Under the pieces are notes generated by a model that was not told the DNA's origin, did no database searches, and worked only from the letters and a program-made list of their open reading frames with translations. From positions 1-25,530 of the IMG/VR virus record IMGVR_UViG_2630968343_000001: 25,530 nt of DNA; one strand, 5' to 3'. Below, piece after piece: positions 6,681 to 14,953 of this stretch; position 1 is the first letter of the stretch, and each line of letters starts with the position of its first letter. The translations under genes and the position numbers were made by a program. The stretch is from a virus.

Positions 6681-6911
6681 ATGGCAGAAGAGGAAACTAA
6701 ACCAGAAGAAACCATAACTGAAGGATTAGAAAACAACAAGAGAAATGCAGTATTACAGGAAATTTCTCTGTGGGTTTTGATATTCATTGTGTACCTTGGA
6801 GATGCAATATCGAGAGACCAGTCAATAACTCCACTTGGATTAGTTTTGATACTTGCAGCTGTAGCACGACTTTACATTAAAGTTAAATTCCCTCAATTTC
6901 AGTTAAACTAA
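6681..6911 (+). CDS. Small two-TM membrane protein, holin-like
   Basis: Acidic N-terminus, hydrophobic segments ISLWVLIFIVYL and ITPLGLVLILAAVARLYI, basic C-terminus; RBS GGAG. Confidence 0.6.
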   Translation: MAEEETKPEETITEGLENNKRNAVLQEISLWVLIFIVYLGDAISRDQSITPLGLVLILAAVARLYIKVKFPQFQLN

Positions 6912-6935
6912 AAAACCTATAGGGGGCTTCTGTAG

Positions 6936-7214
6936 ATGGAAGAGGAAGGCAGGAAGGACCAACCAAAAATATATGATAACATCACCGGAAAACCATGCCC
7001 TGGCCATAAATGTCAATATGAGGGTAGATGGAAAAACTATTTTGATTTTAAAGAAAAAGTAATCGAATTCATGGGAAGAAAAGAAGAAATCAACGGAAAT
7101 TTAAAATTAGAAGACAAAAAACTCGAAGAAAGACTGAAAAGCATAGAAAACAAAGTATGGGCCATTCTTTTACTATTAAGTGGAGTTATCTTAAAAGTCC
7201 TATTTGGAACCTAA
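6936..7214 (+). CDS. Coiled-coil protein with C-terminal TM helix (XhlA-like topology)
   Basis: EEINGNLKLEDKKLEERLKSIENK heptads then VWAILLLLSGVILKVLFG; RBS GGGGG. Confidence 0.6.
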   Translation: MEEEGRKDQPKIYDNITGKPCPGHKCQYEGRWKNYFDFKEKVIEFMGRKEEINGNLKLEDKKLEERLKSIENKVWAILLLLSGVILKVLFGT

Positions 7215-7236
7215 AAAAATAAAAAGGAAAAAAATA

Positions 7237-7395
7237 TTAATGTTTAGTCTTATCCGCTAAAACATATCTCGTTCCTGTTTTTCTTCCTGGTGGAAAAGTT
7301 TTTCCTTTCACAACAGTAACTTCCCTATTTTCGCCAACAACCCTATATTGTCCTGATTCAGGGCATGTGTCTCCAGGAGAATAGTATTTAGGTAT
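7237..7395 (-). CDS. YjzC-like small protein (52 aa, not in ORF track), near-cognate ATA start: (M)PKYYSPGDTCPESGQYRVVGENREVTVVKGKTFPPGRKTGTRYVLADKTKH
   Basis: PG...P.SGQY.VVG...EVTVVKG..FPP...G..Y.L.D.TKH is the YjzC pattern; minus-strand GGGGTGA 4 nt before ATA; in-frame TAA immediately upstream. Confidence 0.7.
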   Translation of the reverse strand: MPKYYSPGDTCPESGQYRVVGENREVTVVKGKTFPPGRKTGTRYVLADKTKH

Positions 7396-7440
7396 TTAAT
7401 CACCCCCCATTTTAATTGTCATTACTAACTATAATCTGGA

Positions 7441-7458
7441 TTTTATTATAATACTTTT
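7441..7458 (-). promoter_or_regulatory. BRE/TATA promoter for the YjzC-like gene; the TATA core is a perfect palindrome
   Basis: Minus strand reads AAAAG-TATTATAATA-AAA about 50 nt upstream of the start; TATTATAATA (7444-7453) is self-complementary. Confidence 0.5.
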
Positions 7459-7510
7459 GATTTACAATGTTCACTAATTTTTCACTAAAATTTCAAAAAG
7501 TGATCACCAA

Positions 7511-8140
7511 ATGACCACCAAAAACACCCTAACCCCTAGCCTAACAGAAATGATAAAAAAAGATATGGTTAGAGGATACCGCAATGAAAATGGTGAAAAA
7601 GTATATCCAAAGCTTACAGAGGCTGCAGACTGGTATAATGTTAGTTATGATGGTCTTAAACAAAAAGCACGAAAATGGAACTGGAAGCAAAGACGTGAAG
7701 ATTACAAGCGCAAAGTGTCACTAAAAGTTGCTGAAAAAAAGGAAAATGAAGAAATTAGTGATCTTGAAGCTGAAGAGATCATAGTTGATAACATCAAATT
7801 TAACAATGCTGCAACTTTACTTCGCAGAGCTGCCACCAAGGAGATCCAAAAAATCCTTGATGGTGATCAGATCCTCAAGGTTTTAGATGATGGGACTATT
7901 ATTAAAGGTGTGAAAAGTGCAGGTTACCAGCTTATGAATTTGGGTAAGGCCCTGGAGTCTGCACAAAAAATCAGCAAGATAGCGGCCGGTGAACCTTCTG
8001 AGATCACTAAAAATGAGACAGATGTTAGAAGTGAAGGAAAATACACGGTTACTAGAAGTATAATTTGCAGTGAAGACCACATAAACCATGAAATAGAGGT
8101 TTTGAATGCCGCAAGCAAAGCCCAGGGATGTAATAAATGA
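7511..8140 (+). CDS. terS: Putative terminase small subunit
   Basis: Directly upstream of and overlapping terL; N-terminal HTH PKLTEAADWYNVSYDGLKQKARKWNWKQRR; helical oligomerisation region. Confidence 0.7.
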   Translation: MTTKNTLTPSLTEMIKKDMVRGYRNENGEKVYPKLTEAADWYNVSYDGLKQKARKWNWKQRREDYKRKVSLKVAEKKENEEISDLEAEEIIVDNIKFNNAATLLRRAATKEIQKILDGDQILKVLDDGTIIKGVKSAGYQLMNLGKALESAQKISKIAAGEPSEITKNETDVRSEGKYTVTRSIICSEDHINHEIEVLNAASKAQGCNK

Positions 8141-9674
8141 ACGTTTCCCATTAGGCCCTGGGACCTTTGCAATAGAAGCAAGTGAGGGCAGATGGAAACC
8201 ATTCCCTCACCTCATCCTTATAATTGAATTTTTAATGTATATGGTAGCCGGTCGATTCAACCGGCTCATGGTATTCTGCCCACCAAGGCATGGGAAAAGT
8301 TGGCTGATTAGTAAATATTTCTTAACATGGTTCCTTGGTAGTTTCCCAGACCTCCGTATAATATTAGCAACCCATAGGGCTTCTTTTAGTGCCAAATGGG
8401 GACGCATAAGTAAACAATTGTTAGAAAAGTATGGAAAGAAACTCTTTGTCAAAGAAGCCTTAACCGAAGATGGAGAACGCATACTACTTAAAAATGAAGT
8501 AGAGTTGGATAAATCCAGTAATGCAGCTTACCGATGGGATATTCAGGGCCATGATGGGGGCTTATTCACAGGAGGGATAGGTACAGGGCTTTTAGGAGAG
8601 GGGATGCATGGAGGGATCATAGATGACCCTACAAAAGGATTCACCAAAGCAAACCGCAAATCACACCAACAGGAATTAAATGATTGGTATTATACTGAAT
8701 TTAAAACTAGAGCTGATACTGATTTATCTACAGGTAAACCTCCTTGGATCTGTTACATTGCCCAAAGGCTTAATAGGAAAGACTTGGCCGGTCAGATATT
8801 ATATGGGCTGACTGAAGAGGACCCTGGAGAACCTCATATTGATGCCCGTGATGCTCTTAAAATATTGAGAAGTGGAGGCACAATTCCAAACGGGACATGG
8901 GTAGTATTAAACCTTCCAGCCTTAGCCGAGGAAAATGATCTTCTTGATAGAGCCCCTGGAGAGGCACTATGTAAACAAATTAAAAATGAAGAAGAACTGC
9001 ACCAAATCAAGAGAGAAATGGGCAGTTTCAGGTTTGAAGCACTCTACCAGGGGACTCCACGTGAAAGAGAAGGGAAAATTTTCAAATCAATCTGGTTTAA
9101 AGATGAACATGGAAACCTCCTTGAAGATCTATTTGTAGTAGGTTCAGAACTTAAAGTTAAAAATGAAATCAGATACTGGGATGCGGCTAGTAGTGGAGAG
9201 GAAGGAGATAAAACTGCCAGCCTCAAATCAACTTATGATAAACAAAGTAAACATCTTATTTTCAAAGGCCCACTGGTAAATTATCCCTACACAGCTAAAG
9301 GAGTGGTTGATAAGTTTTACCAGATAAGTAATGATGAACCTAACGCCCAGGCTATATTTGAACAGGAACCTGGAAGTGGAACAAAACTTTTAGTGGCACG
9401 ATTAAGGCAGGATAAACGTTTAAAACAGCGTAAAAAGATTCGATTAGATAAAGTTACTGAGAGTAAAGCAGACCGTTCATTTGATTTAGAAGTTTTATGT
9501 GAAGACCATAGAGTCCGCTTTGACAAAGAATCTCTAACAAAAAAAGATGTTGAAACTATCATAAATCAATGGATTGAATTCACAGGAGAGGAAGGCGGTG
9601 AAGACCACATTGTCGATGTCAGCACAGGTAGTGCAAGATGGTGGTTAAGGCCACGTAGGAAAGTGAGAGTATGA
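8106..9674 (+). CDS. terL: Terminase large subunit
   Basis: Walker A VFCPPRHGKS, Walker B GGIIDDP, motif QRLNRKDLAG, RNase H-like nuclease RYWDAAS...EQEPGSG...DHIVD; RBS GAGGT 5 nt before ATG 8106. Confidence 0.95.
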   Translation: MPQAKPRDVINERFPLGPGTFAIEASEGRWKPFPHLILIIEFLMYMVAGRFNRLMVFCPPRHGKSWLISKYFLTWFLGSFPDLRIILATHRASFSAKWGRISKQLLEKYGKKLFVKEALTEDGERILLKNEVELDKSSNAAYRWDIQGHDGGLFTGGIGTGLLGEGMHGGIIDDPTKGFTKANRKSHQQELNDWYYTEFKTRADTDLSTGKPPWICYIAQRLNRKDLAGQILYGLTEEDPGEPHIDARDALKILRSGGTIPNGTWVVLNLPALAEENDLLDRAPGEALCKQIKNEEELHQIKREMGSFRFEALYQGTPREREGKIFKSIWFKDEHGNLLEDLFVVGSELKVKNEIRYWDAASSGEEGDKTASLKSTYDKQSKHLIFKGPLVNYPYTAKGVVDKFYQISNDEPNAQAIFEQEPGSGTKLLVARLRQDKRLKQRKKIRLDKVTESKADRSFDLEVLCEDHRVRFDKESLTKKDVETIINQWIEFTGEEGGEDHIVDVSTGSARWWLRPRRKVRV

Positions 9675-11251
9675 AAAGAGAACCTGATGCTTTTATAGTC
9701 ACAAATGATGAAGGATGGGATGTTGTCACCACGGATGTCCTTGACAGATATGTCATCAAATCCCAGGAAAGTAGTGAAGGAGAAAGTAAACAGATAAAAG
9801 ATGACGGATGGAACTATGAAAACCTCCACGAACCACTTTATAATCCAGAACAGCTCACAGACCTACTAGAACGAAACACTTACCATGCTCAGTGTTGTGA
9901 TGTGGTGGCCAGGGAAAGTGGGGGCCTTGGTTTCAGCATAAGACCTGTGAGTGAAGAGGAAAATGTTAATGATGACCATAAACGAGTTTTAACTAAATTT
10001 TTCAAAAGTTTCAAAGTCAATGATGTGTTATATCGTAGGCAGTATGATCGACGTTCTATAGGTTATGGTGCTATAGAGATAATCCGAGAAGGAGGAAATA
10101 AGACCAGAATAACAAGTTTAGATCACATACCATCCCAAACACTCAGAAGGCACAAGGATGGTATAAGAGTCAAACAACAAGTGGGAAATAAAATAGTCTG
10201 GTTTGTATTATATGGTACCAACAAAGACCGTAATGGAAAGATTCTTTTTGATGTGAATTGTGAAAATGGAGACAAACATCCTGCAAATACCCTACCAGTT
10301 AAAAAATTAGCTAATGAAATATTATGGAGCTTAGATTACACTCCGAAATCACATTTTTATGGTATGCCTCGGATTGTTCCAGGAATTGGAGCTATTTATG
10401 GTGATATTAGCCGTAGAGATTACAATAGTTCATTCTTCAAAAACTATGGTATGCCTGCCTTTGCCGTGACAGTAACAGGGGATTTTGAAGATTATGATAA
10501 AGTTCCAGGAGATGAAGGTTATGATGAAACCAAAACCCTCCGATACAAAATATCACAGCAATTGAAAGAAGTTATCAAGAACCCTCACAGTGCGGTTACA
10601 ATACTCGTACCCAGTGAAGGTGAAGAAGGTAATGTTGAGGTTAAGATTCAACCATTGTCAATTGAAACTAAAGAAGCATCCTTCCGACTTTACCGTAAAG
10701 ATAACCGGGATGAAGTGCTAGCAACCCATAGAGTACCTGCTTACCGATTAGGTATAAATGAAACAGGTTCCCTGGGAGGGTCAAATAGCTCAGATGCAAA
10801 TAAAATATACAAAACTAGTGTACTTGAACCATTACAGGTAGATGACGAGTATGATATGAACTGGCTCATTAGAGAAGAGTTTGGTTTTACAGACTGCGAA
10901 TTCCAACTTAAAGAGATTGATATCAGTGATTTTGAGGGTGATGTTAACATAGCCGAAAAAATGTTCAATATGGCCAGTATCAAACCAAGACAGATAATAC
11001 AATATTTTGGTGAACGTTTTGGTCTTAAAGACGACCCGGAAAATCCGTACTTAGATGAATACTACTTGAATGGTCAGCCCCTGGACCTGGTTTGGAATCC
11101 TACTAATATTGAAGATCCACCTGGCACCTCTTCTGTTTTGGATGGTTTAGAAGGTTCAATAATTGAAAGCATGGAGGGGTCCAATGCTAGCAGTGAAAAC
11201 ACAGTTACAGCAGTCAAAACAGCTTTTAAACGTCTTAAAGCAAAATTATGA
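9671..11251 (+). CDS. Portal protein (PBSX/HK97-like)
   Basis: Follows terL with ATGA overlap; motifs FYGMPRI, FFKNYGMPAFAVTVTG, RDEVLATHRVPAYRLG; 526 aa. Confidence 0.9.
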   Translation: MKREPDAFIVTNDEGWDVVTTDVLDRYVIKSQESSEGESKQIKDDGWNYENLHEPLYNPEQLTDLLERNTYHAQCCDVVARESGGLGFSIRPVSEEENVNDDHKRVLTKFFKSFKVNDVLYRRQYDRRSIGYGAIEIIREGGNKTRITSLDHIPSQTLRRHKDGIRVKQQVGNKIVWFVLYGTNKDRNGKILFDVNCENGDKHPANTLPVKKLANEILWSLDYTPKSHFYGMPRIVPGIGAIYGDISRRDYNSSFFKNYGMPAFAVTVTGDFEDYDKVPGDEGYDETKTLRYKISQQLKEVIKNPHSAVTILVPSEGEEGNVEVKIQPLSIETKEASFRLYRKDNRDEVLATHRVPAYRLGINETGSLGGSNSSDANKIYKTSVLEPLQVDDEYDMNWLIREEFGFTDCEFQLKEIDISDFEGDVNIAEKMFNMASIKPRQIIQYFGERFGLKDDPENPYLDEYYLNGQPLDLVWNPTNIEDPPGTSSVLDGLEGSIIESMEGSNASSENTVTAVKTAFKRLKAKL

Positions 11252-12764
11252 TGATCGCTTAGCTGCTGAAACACAACTGGCCAATGAATTATCCTCTCTT
11301 TTCTTTGCAACTGAAAAACAAATCCTTAAAAATTTAAAATCTCACGATGAAATACCAGCTAATTTTTATTCCATTATATCACCCCTTGATGATTTACGGG
11401 TTGTTTACAGCCAACTAATAGCACAAATCAATGAAAAACATTTCATCCAGGGCTATGGTAGAAATGCAACATTGATTAAATTGATGGAGGCGGGATTTAA
11501 TCTGGATGTTGCAGCCAAAGCCCTTACTATTGACCGGGGAGATGATTTCTTTGGCATTGATGAAGCAACCCGTGAAAACATCAAAAACAAATCCTTCGTA
11601 GCATCACAAGGAGTGATGGACAGAGTAAACCAGGGAATCTCTAAAAATCTTGCCCAGAGTTACAATGATGGTGTTGGCATTGATAATGCCGCCCGGAGTT
11701 TACAACAAGAATTCAGCAAACTCAAAGGATATGAAGCCACTCGGATAGCAAGAACCGAAATAAACAGTGCACAGAATGAAGGAGCATTCCAGGCTTACTA
11801 TGACTTTGATATTAAATATCATCAATGGTGGACTGGTAGGGACGCACGGGTCCGAGACAGTCACCGGGCCATCCATGCCCAGATCACCAAGGTAGGATCC
11901 AAATTTACCAACGGCCTCACTAGACCTGGTGATCGCAGTGGGCCTAAGAAAGAATGGATCCATTGCCGGTGCACCACAATACCCTACCTTATGCCGCTAG
12001 GTATGATGGCTCCTCCAGGTGAGACTGCATTCTTTGAAAAGGACTTGATTCCAATACCTGGGTTTGATCAGGACATTATATCTTACCATCCTTATGATTC
12101 GCATAATCAAATTGTTAAAAGTAATATAAGACGAACTAGAGAATTAAGAACTGAATTAGGAAGAAAACAATACAATGGAACCATGTACAAACATGGAGAA
12201 ACTAGTAAAGACTATGTAACAATTTATAATGTGAAAGGGGACAGAAATCCTTTTATTTCTCAAGATGATGTTTATCAGCAGTATATGGATCTTCCTAAAA
12301 AGATAAGGGACAATGTTAAATCAATTTTCATTGAAAATAGCAGCATAATCAAAAGAGATGGGGAGGTTTTAGGATTTGCAAGACCTGAAAAAGGATGGTT
12401 TTGTTTACTGAAACCGTCAAATTATCCAAACCCCTCTCAATTAATTAAAGAACAAGTTTTCGCCCATGAAGCAGCTCATTTACTGGACACTAAGACTATT
12501 AAGTATGTACATTCTTATAGTAGGGAATACAGGCAAGCAGTAAGGGCGGATATGGTGGTGAATGGTGGTGAATTTCCTTCAAATTATGCGAAAAACTTTT
12601 TTATTAATAATTACGAAAATAACACTAGAGCTTCACTTAGGGAAGATTTCGCAGAATCGGTTCAATTCTATTTAAACCCTGAAACAGATCAGGGGATGCG
12701 ATTTAGAAGGTTGTTCCCTAATCGTGTTGAATATTTACGAAATTTGTTAGGTGAAATAGTATGA
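11184..12764 (+). CDS. MuF (Mu gpF / SPP1 gp7-like) head morphogenesis protein fused to a C-terminal zincin metallopeptidase domain
   Basis: MuF motifs RIARTEINSA, WWTGRDARVRDSH, PGD...HCRC; C-terminal FAHEAAHLLD (HExxH at 12465-12479) and REDFAESV; ATG 11184 follows GGAGGGG (ORF track starts at TTG 11163). Confidence 0.85.
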   Translation: MLAVKTQLQQSKQLLNVLKQNYDDRLAAETQLANELSSLFFATEKQILKNLKSHDEIPANFYSIISPLDDLRVVYSQLIAQINEKHFIQGYGRNATLIKLMEAGFNLDVAAKALTIDRGDDFFGIDEATRENIKNKSFVASQGVMDRVNQGISKNLAQSYNDGVGIDNAARSLQQEFSKLKGYEATRIARTEINSAQNEGAFQAYYDFDIKYHQWWTGRDARVRDSHRAIHAQITKVGSKFTNGLTRPGDRSGPKKEWIHCRCTTIPYLMPLGMMAPPGETAFFEKDLIPIPGFDQDIISYHPYDSHNQIVKSNIRRTRELRTELGRKQYNGTMYKHGETSKDYVTIYNVKGDRNPFISQDDVYQQYMDLPKKIRDNVKSIFIENSSIIKRDGEVLGFARPEKGWFCLLKPSNYPNPSQLIKEQVFAHEAAHLLDTKTIKYVHSYSREYRQAVRADMVVNGGEFPSNYAKNFFINNYENNTRASLREDFAESVQFYLNPETDQGMRFRRLFPNRVEYLRNLLGEIV

Positions 12765-13051
12765 TGATTAGACCTGGAGATGTTGTACAAGAAACCATTA
12801 AAATAGATGATGGTGGTCAAGAAATCATCAGTTATTTGGATAAAAATGGCGAATTTTCATTGAAATATTCATACAATGCAGTTAACATGCTCATTCAAAC
12901 TTATAATTCTGATGGTGTCCTAGTTAGTGAAGAACTTAAAGAAAATCCTTCCCGTGACAAATACGAAGAATCAGAACACTATGGGGATTGGATGAAAACT
13001 GTTAGAAAAATTAGTGAAGAAGATGAAAAAACAGGTTTGAATACCTTATAA
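12761..13051 (+). CDS. Small acidic protein coupled to MuF-peptidase; candidate immunity/inhibitor
   Basis: ATGA overlap with the MuF stop; RBS GGTGA; 96 aa; followed by a T-rich terminator-like tract. Confidence 0.55.
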   Translation: MMIRPGDVVQETIKIDDGGQEIISYLDKNGEFSLKYSYNAVNMLIQTYNSDGVLVSEELKENPSRDKYEESEHYGDWMKTVRKISEEDEKTGLNTL

Positions 13052-13131
13052 TTACTTTTTATATTTTATTTTGATTAAATTCCATTTTAATTAGCTTTAG
13101 CTATAAAACATTTTATAAGAGGTGATGACCT

Positions 13132-13278
13132 CTGAATTTTTCATTACTTTATCTCATTCTAGCCCTAGCTCTTTTAATCGTTACAATAGATTTAATGATT
13201 ATTCCATTTATCAAAGGGTTTAGAGAATCTATTGAACGTTATAAAGTTAAAAAAGAGTTAATAAAAAAATTCGAATAA
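13132..13278 (+). CDS. Small single-TM protein (48 aa, not in ORF track), CTG start: (M)NFSLLYLILALALLIVTIDLMIIPFIKGFRESIERYKVKKELIKKFE
   Basis: GAGGTGA at 13119-13125, 6 nt before CTG; TATA-like CTATAAAA at 13101-13108; hydrophobic N-terminus, Lys-rich tail. Confidence 0.55.
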   Translation: MNFSLLYLILALALLIVTIDLMIIPFIKGFRESIERYKVKKELIKKFE

Positions 13279-13292
13279 AAAAATTAAAAAAA

Positions 13293-13550
13293 TTATTCTT
13301 CTTCATTCTTTTTGAGAATATAATCTATTTTATTAATGAGATTGGATGCAATTTTGGACATTCCAGGACTAGTGCGTGGTACCGTACATTGGTTTAATGT
13401 GGTTTTATCCATCTTAAGGACTTCAATATCAATTTTTGAGACACTACGGTTGTCTTTCACACGTTTTATAGCAATATCCACTCTTGTCCTTATATCCAAT
13501 ATTAATATTTCATCTAAATTTTTTGGTTGAAAGCTAAATTCGATTGACAT
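13293..13550 (-). CDS. Hypothetical protein (85 aa), moron on the opposite strand
   Basis: RBS AGGGAG before ATG; minus-strand GAAAAATTTAATAA promoter-like element upstream; convergent with 13132-13278. Confidence 0.65.
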   Translation of the reverse strand: MSIEFSFQPKNLDEILILDIRTRVDIAIKRVKDNRSVSKIDIEVLKMDKTTLNQCTVPRTSPGMSKIASNLINKIDYILKKNEEE

Positions 13551-13663
13551 TTGACTCCCTCTATTTTTCTTAAAAATAATTAGGTGATTCTTAGGTTTCA
13601 GTGTTATTAAATTTTTCTAAACTATTATTGTCACTTTTGAATTAACAAATTGGAGGTGAAATT

Positions 13664-14941
13664 ATGGGAATATTCAGTTCTAAAGCAAGAGCTACAGCTC
13701 CTGGCAGTATCAAAAACCTTGAAGACCAGCTCAGAGGAGCAATCAACGACACATTCCGATCAGACCCCAACACTAAATACGACATCAGCACTTACCCCAT
13801 CGACATTATCCCCGACAAACCAATCAAATCCGGAAGTCTTATCATCGAAGATTACAGTTCCAGTAAAAACTACTCAGTACCATTTTCCACAGATGAAAAC
13901 GGAAATTACACTTTAGGCGAAAAAAAGGAAGTTAACAAAATTATGAACTATGAAGCTGTTAAATCAAGTGTTTTAGCGGTTGAAAAAGCAAAGGATCACG
14001 TTATGTTCACGGGAACAGCCCTTATTCCCGGAGAACCCGACTGTGATGCTACAAACGGTGAGGAGTTACTCACTGCTGAGAAAGTTGCAAAAATAGCACA
14101 TTCATTCATGGATTATCGAATTGTTGACAAAGAACACGAATTCCTGGTAACGAAGAAAAATATGGGGGACCCTGTGGAATCTTATCTACTTGATGCTCCT
14201 AAAGTGATGAAAAACATTAAAGGTGAAGAACGTGAATACCCTGAGGGCACATGGGTGGTTAAAAGCAAAATAACAGACCCTGAAATGATGAAAGCTGCAT
14301 TAAAAGGAGAAATAGCATACTCAGTTTCAGTGTTATCAGAAGAAGATGCTGATAAAGTCATGGCATCCATGAAAAACCGTGTTTTAATCAAGGATATTAA
14401 AAATCCAGTGGGATTCACTTTGTCATTAACAAAAAATCCATGTGTGGATAATTCTTGTAGTGTTAAAAGTGCTATGAAGGCCGGGCGTGCAATTTCAAAA
14501 GAAAATAAATCTGTACTTGAAAAAGCCAGGGACATAATAAACAGTCTGATTAATCAGGCTGATTCTGGCAGAAATGGAGGCGATAATGTGTCTGAAAAAA
14601 AAGAGAAGGATGAAAAAAAAGAATACGTCGAAAAATCCGATGTGGAAGATATGGTTAAAAAGGCAGTTAAAGAAGCAATGAATGATGAAAAAGAAGAATC
14701 AGCTTCTAAAAGTGTTCCTACTGAGTGTTCAAACTGCAAGGTAGCTGTGAAATCAACTGATAAATATTGCAGCAGCTGTGGAACTAAAATCAGCACTAAA
14801 GAAAAAAATGAAGAGGATGAAGAGGAAACCCCTGGAGGAGCTTCTAAATCTTTAAAACCTAATGGAGGGGACAAACCTACTCCTGCGGTTAAATCTTTTG
14901 AGGAAGAATTAGGCCGTGACCTTTACGGTTGTAAATCATAG
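13664..14941 (+). CDS. Prohead protease/scaffold, XkdF-like, with a C-terminal zinc ribbon
   Basis: TGTALIPGEPDCD...KIAHSFM...VDKEHE...PVESY...PEGTWVV...ALKGEIAYSVS is XkdF-like; charged scaffold tail; CSNC...YCSSCGTKI; RBS GGAGGTGA. Confidence 0.8.
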   Translation: MGIFSSKARATAPGSIKNLEDQLRGAINDTFRSDPNTKYDISTYPIDIIPDKPIKSGSLIIEDYSSSKNYSVPFSTDENGNYTLGEKKEVNKIMNYEAVKSSVLAVEKAKDHVMFTGTALIPGEPDCDATNGEELLTAEKVAKIAHSFMDYRIVDKEHEFLVTKKNMGDPVESYLLDAPKVMKNIKGEEREYPEGTWVVKSKITDPEMMKAALKGEIAYSVSVLSEEDADKVMASMKNRVLIKDIKNPVGFTLSLTKNPCVDNSCSVKSAMKAGRAISKENKSVLEKARDIINSLINQADSGRNGGDNVSEKKEKDEKKEYVEKSDVEDMVKKAVKEAMNDEKEESASKSVPTECSNCKVAVKSTDKYCSSCGTKISTKEKNEEDEEETPGGASKSLKPNGGDKPTPAVKSFEEELGRDLYGCKS

Positions 14942-14953
14942 GAGGCGATAAAA

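Noticed and set aside
8106-9674. Intein or homing endonuclease in terL
   Set aside because: Length is normal (522 aa); no C/S...HN-C/S/T splice motifs or LAGLIDADG blocks seen
13336-13530. Plus-strand 64-aa ORF
   Set aside because: Antisense shadow of 13293-13550, which has the better RBS and promoter context
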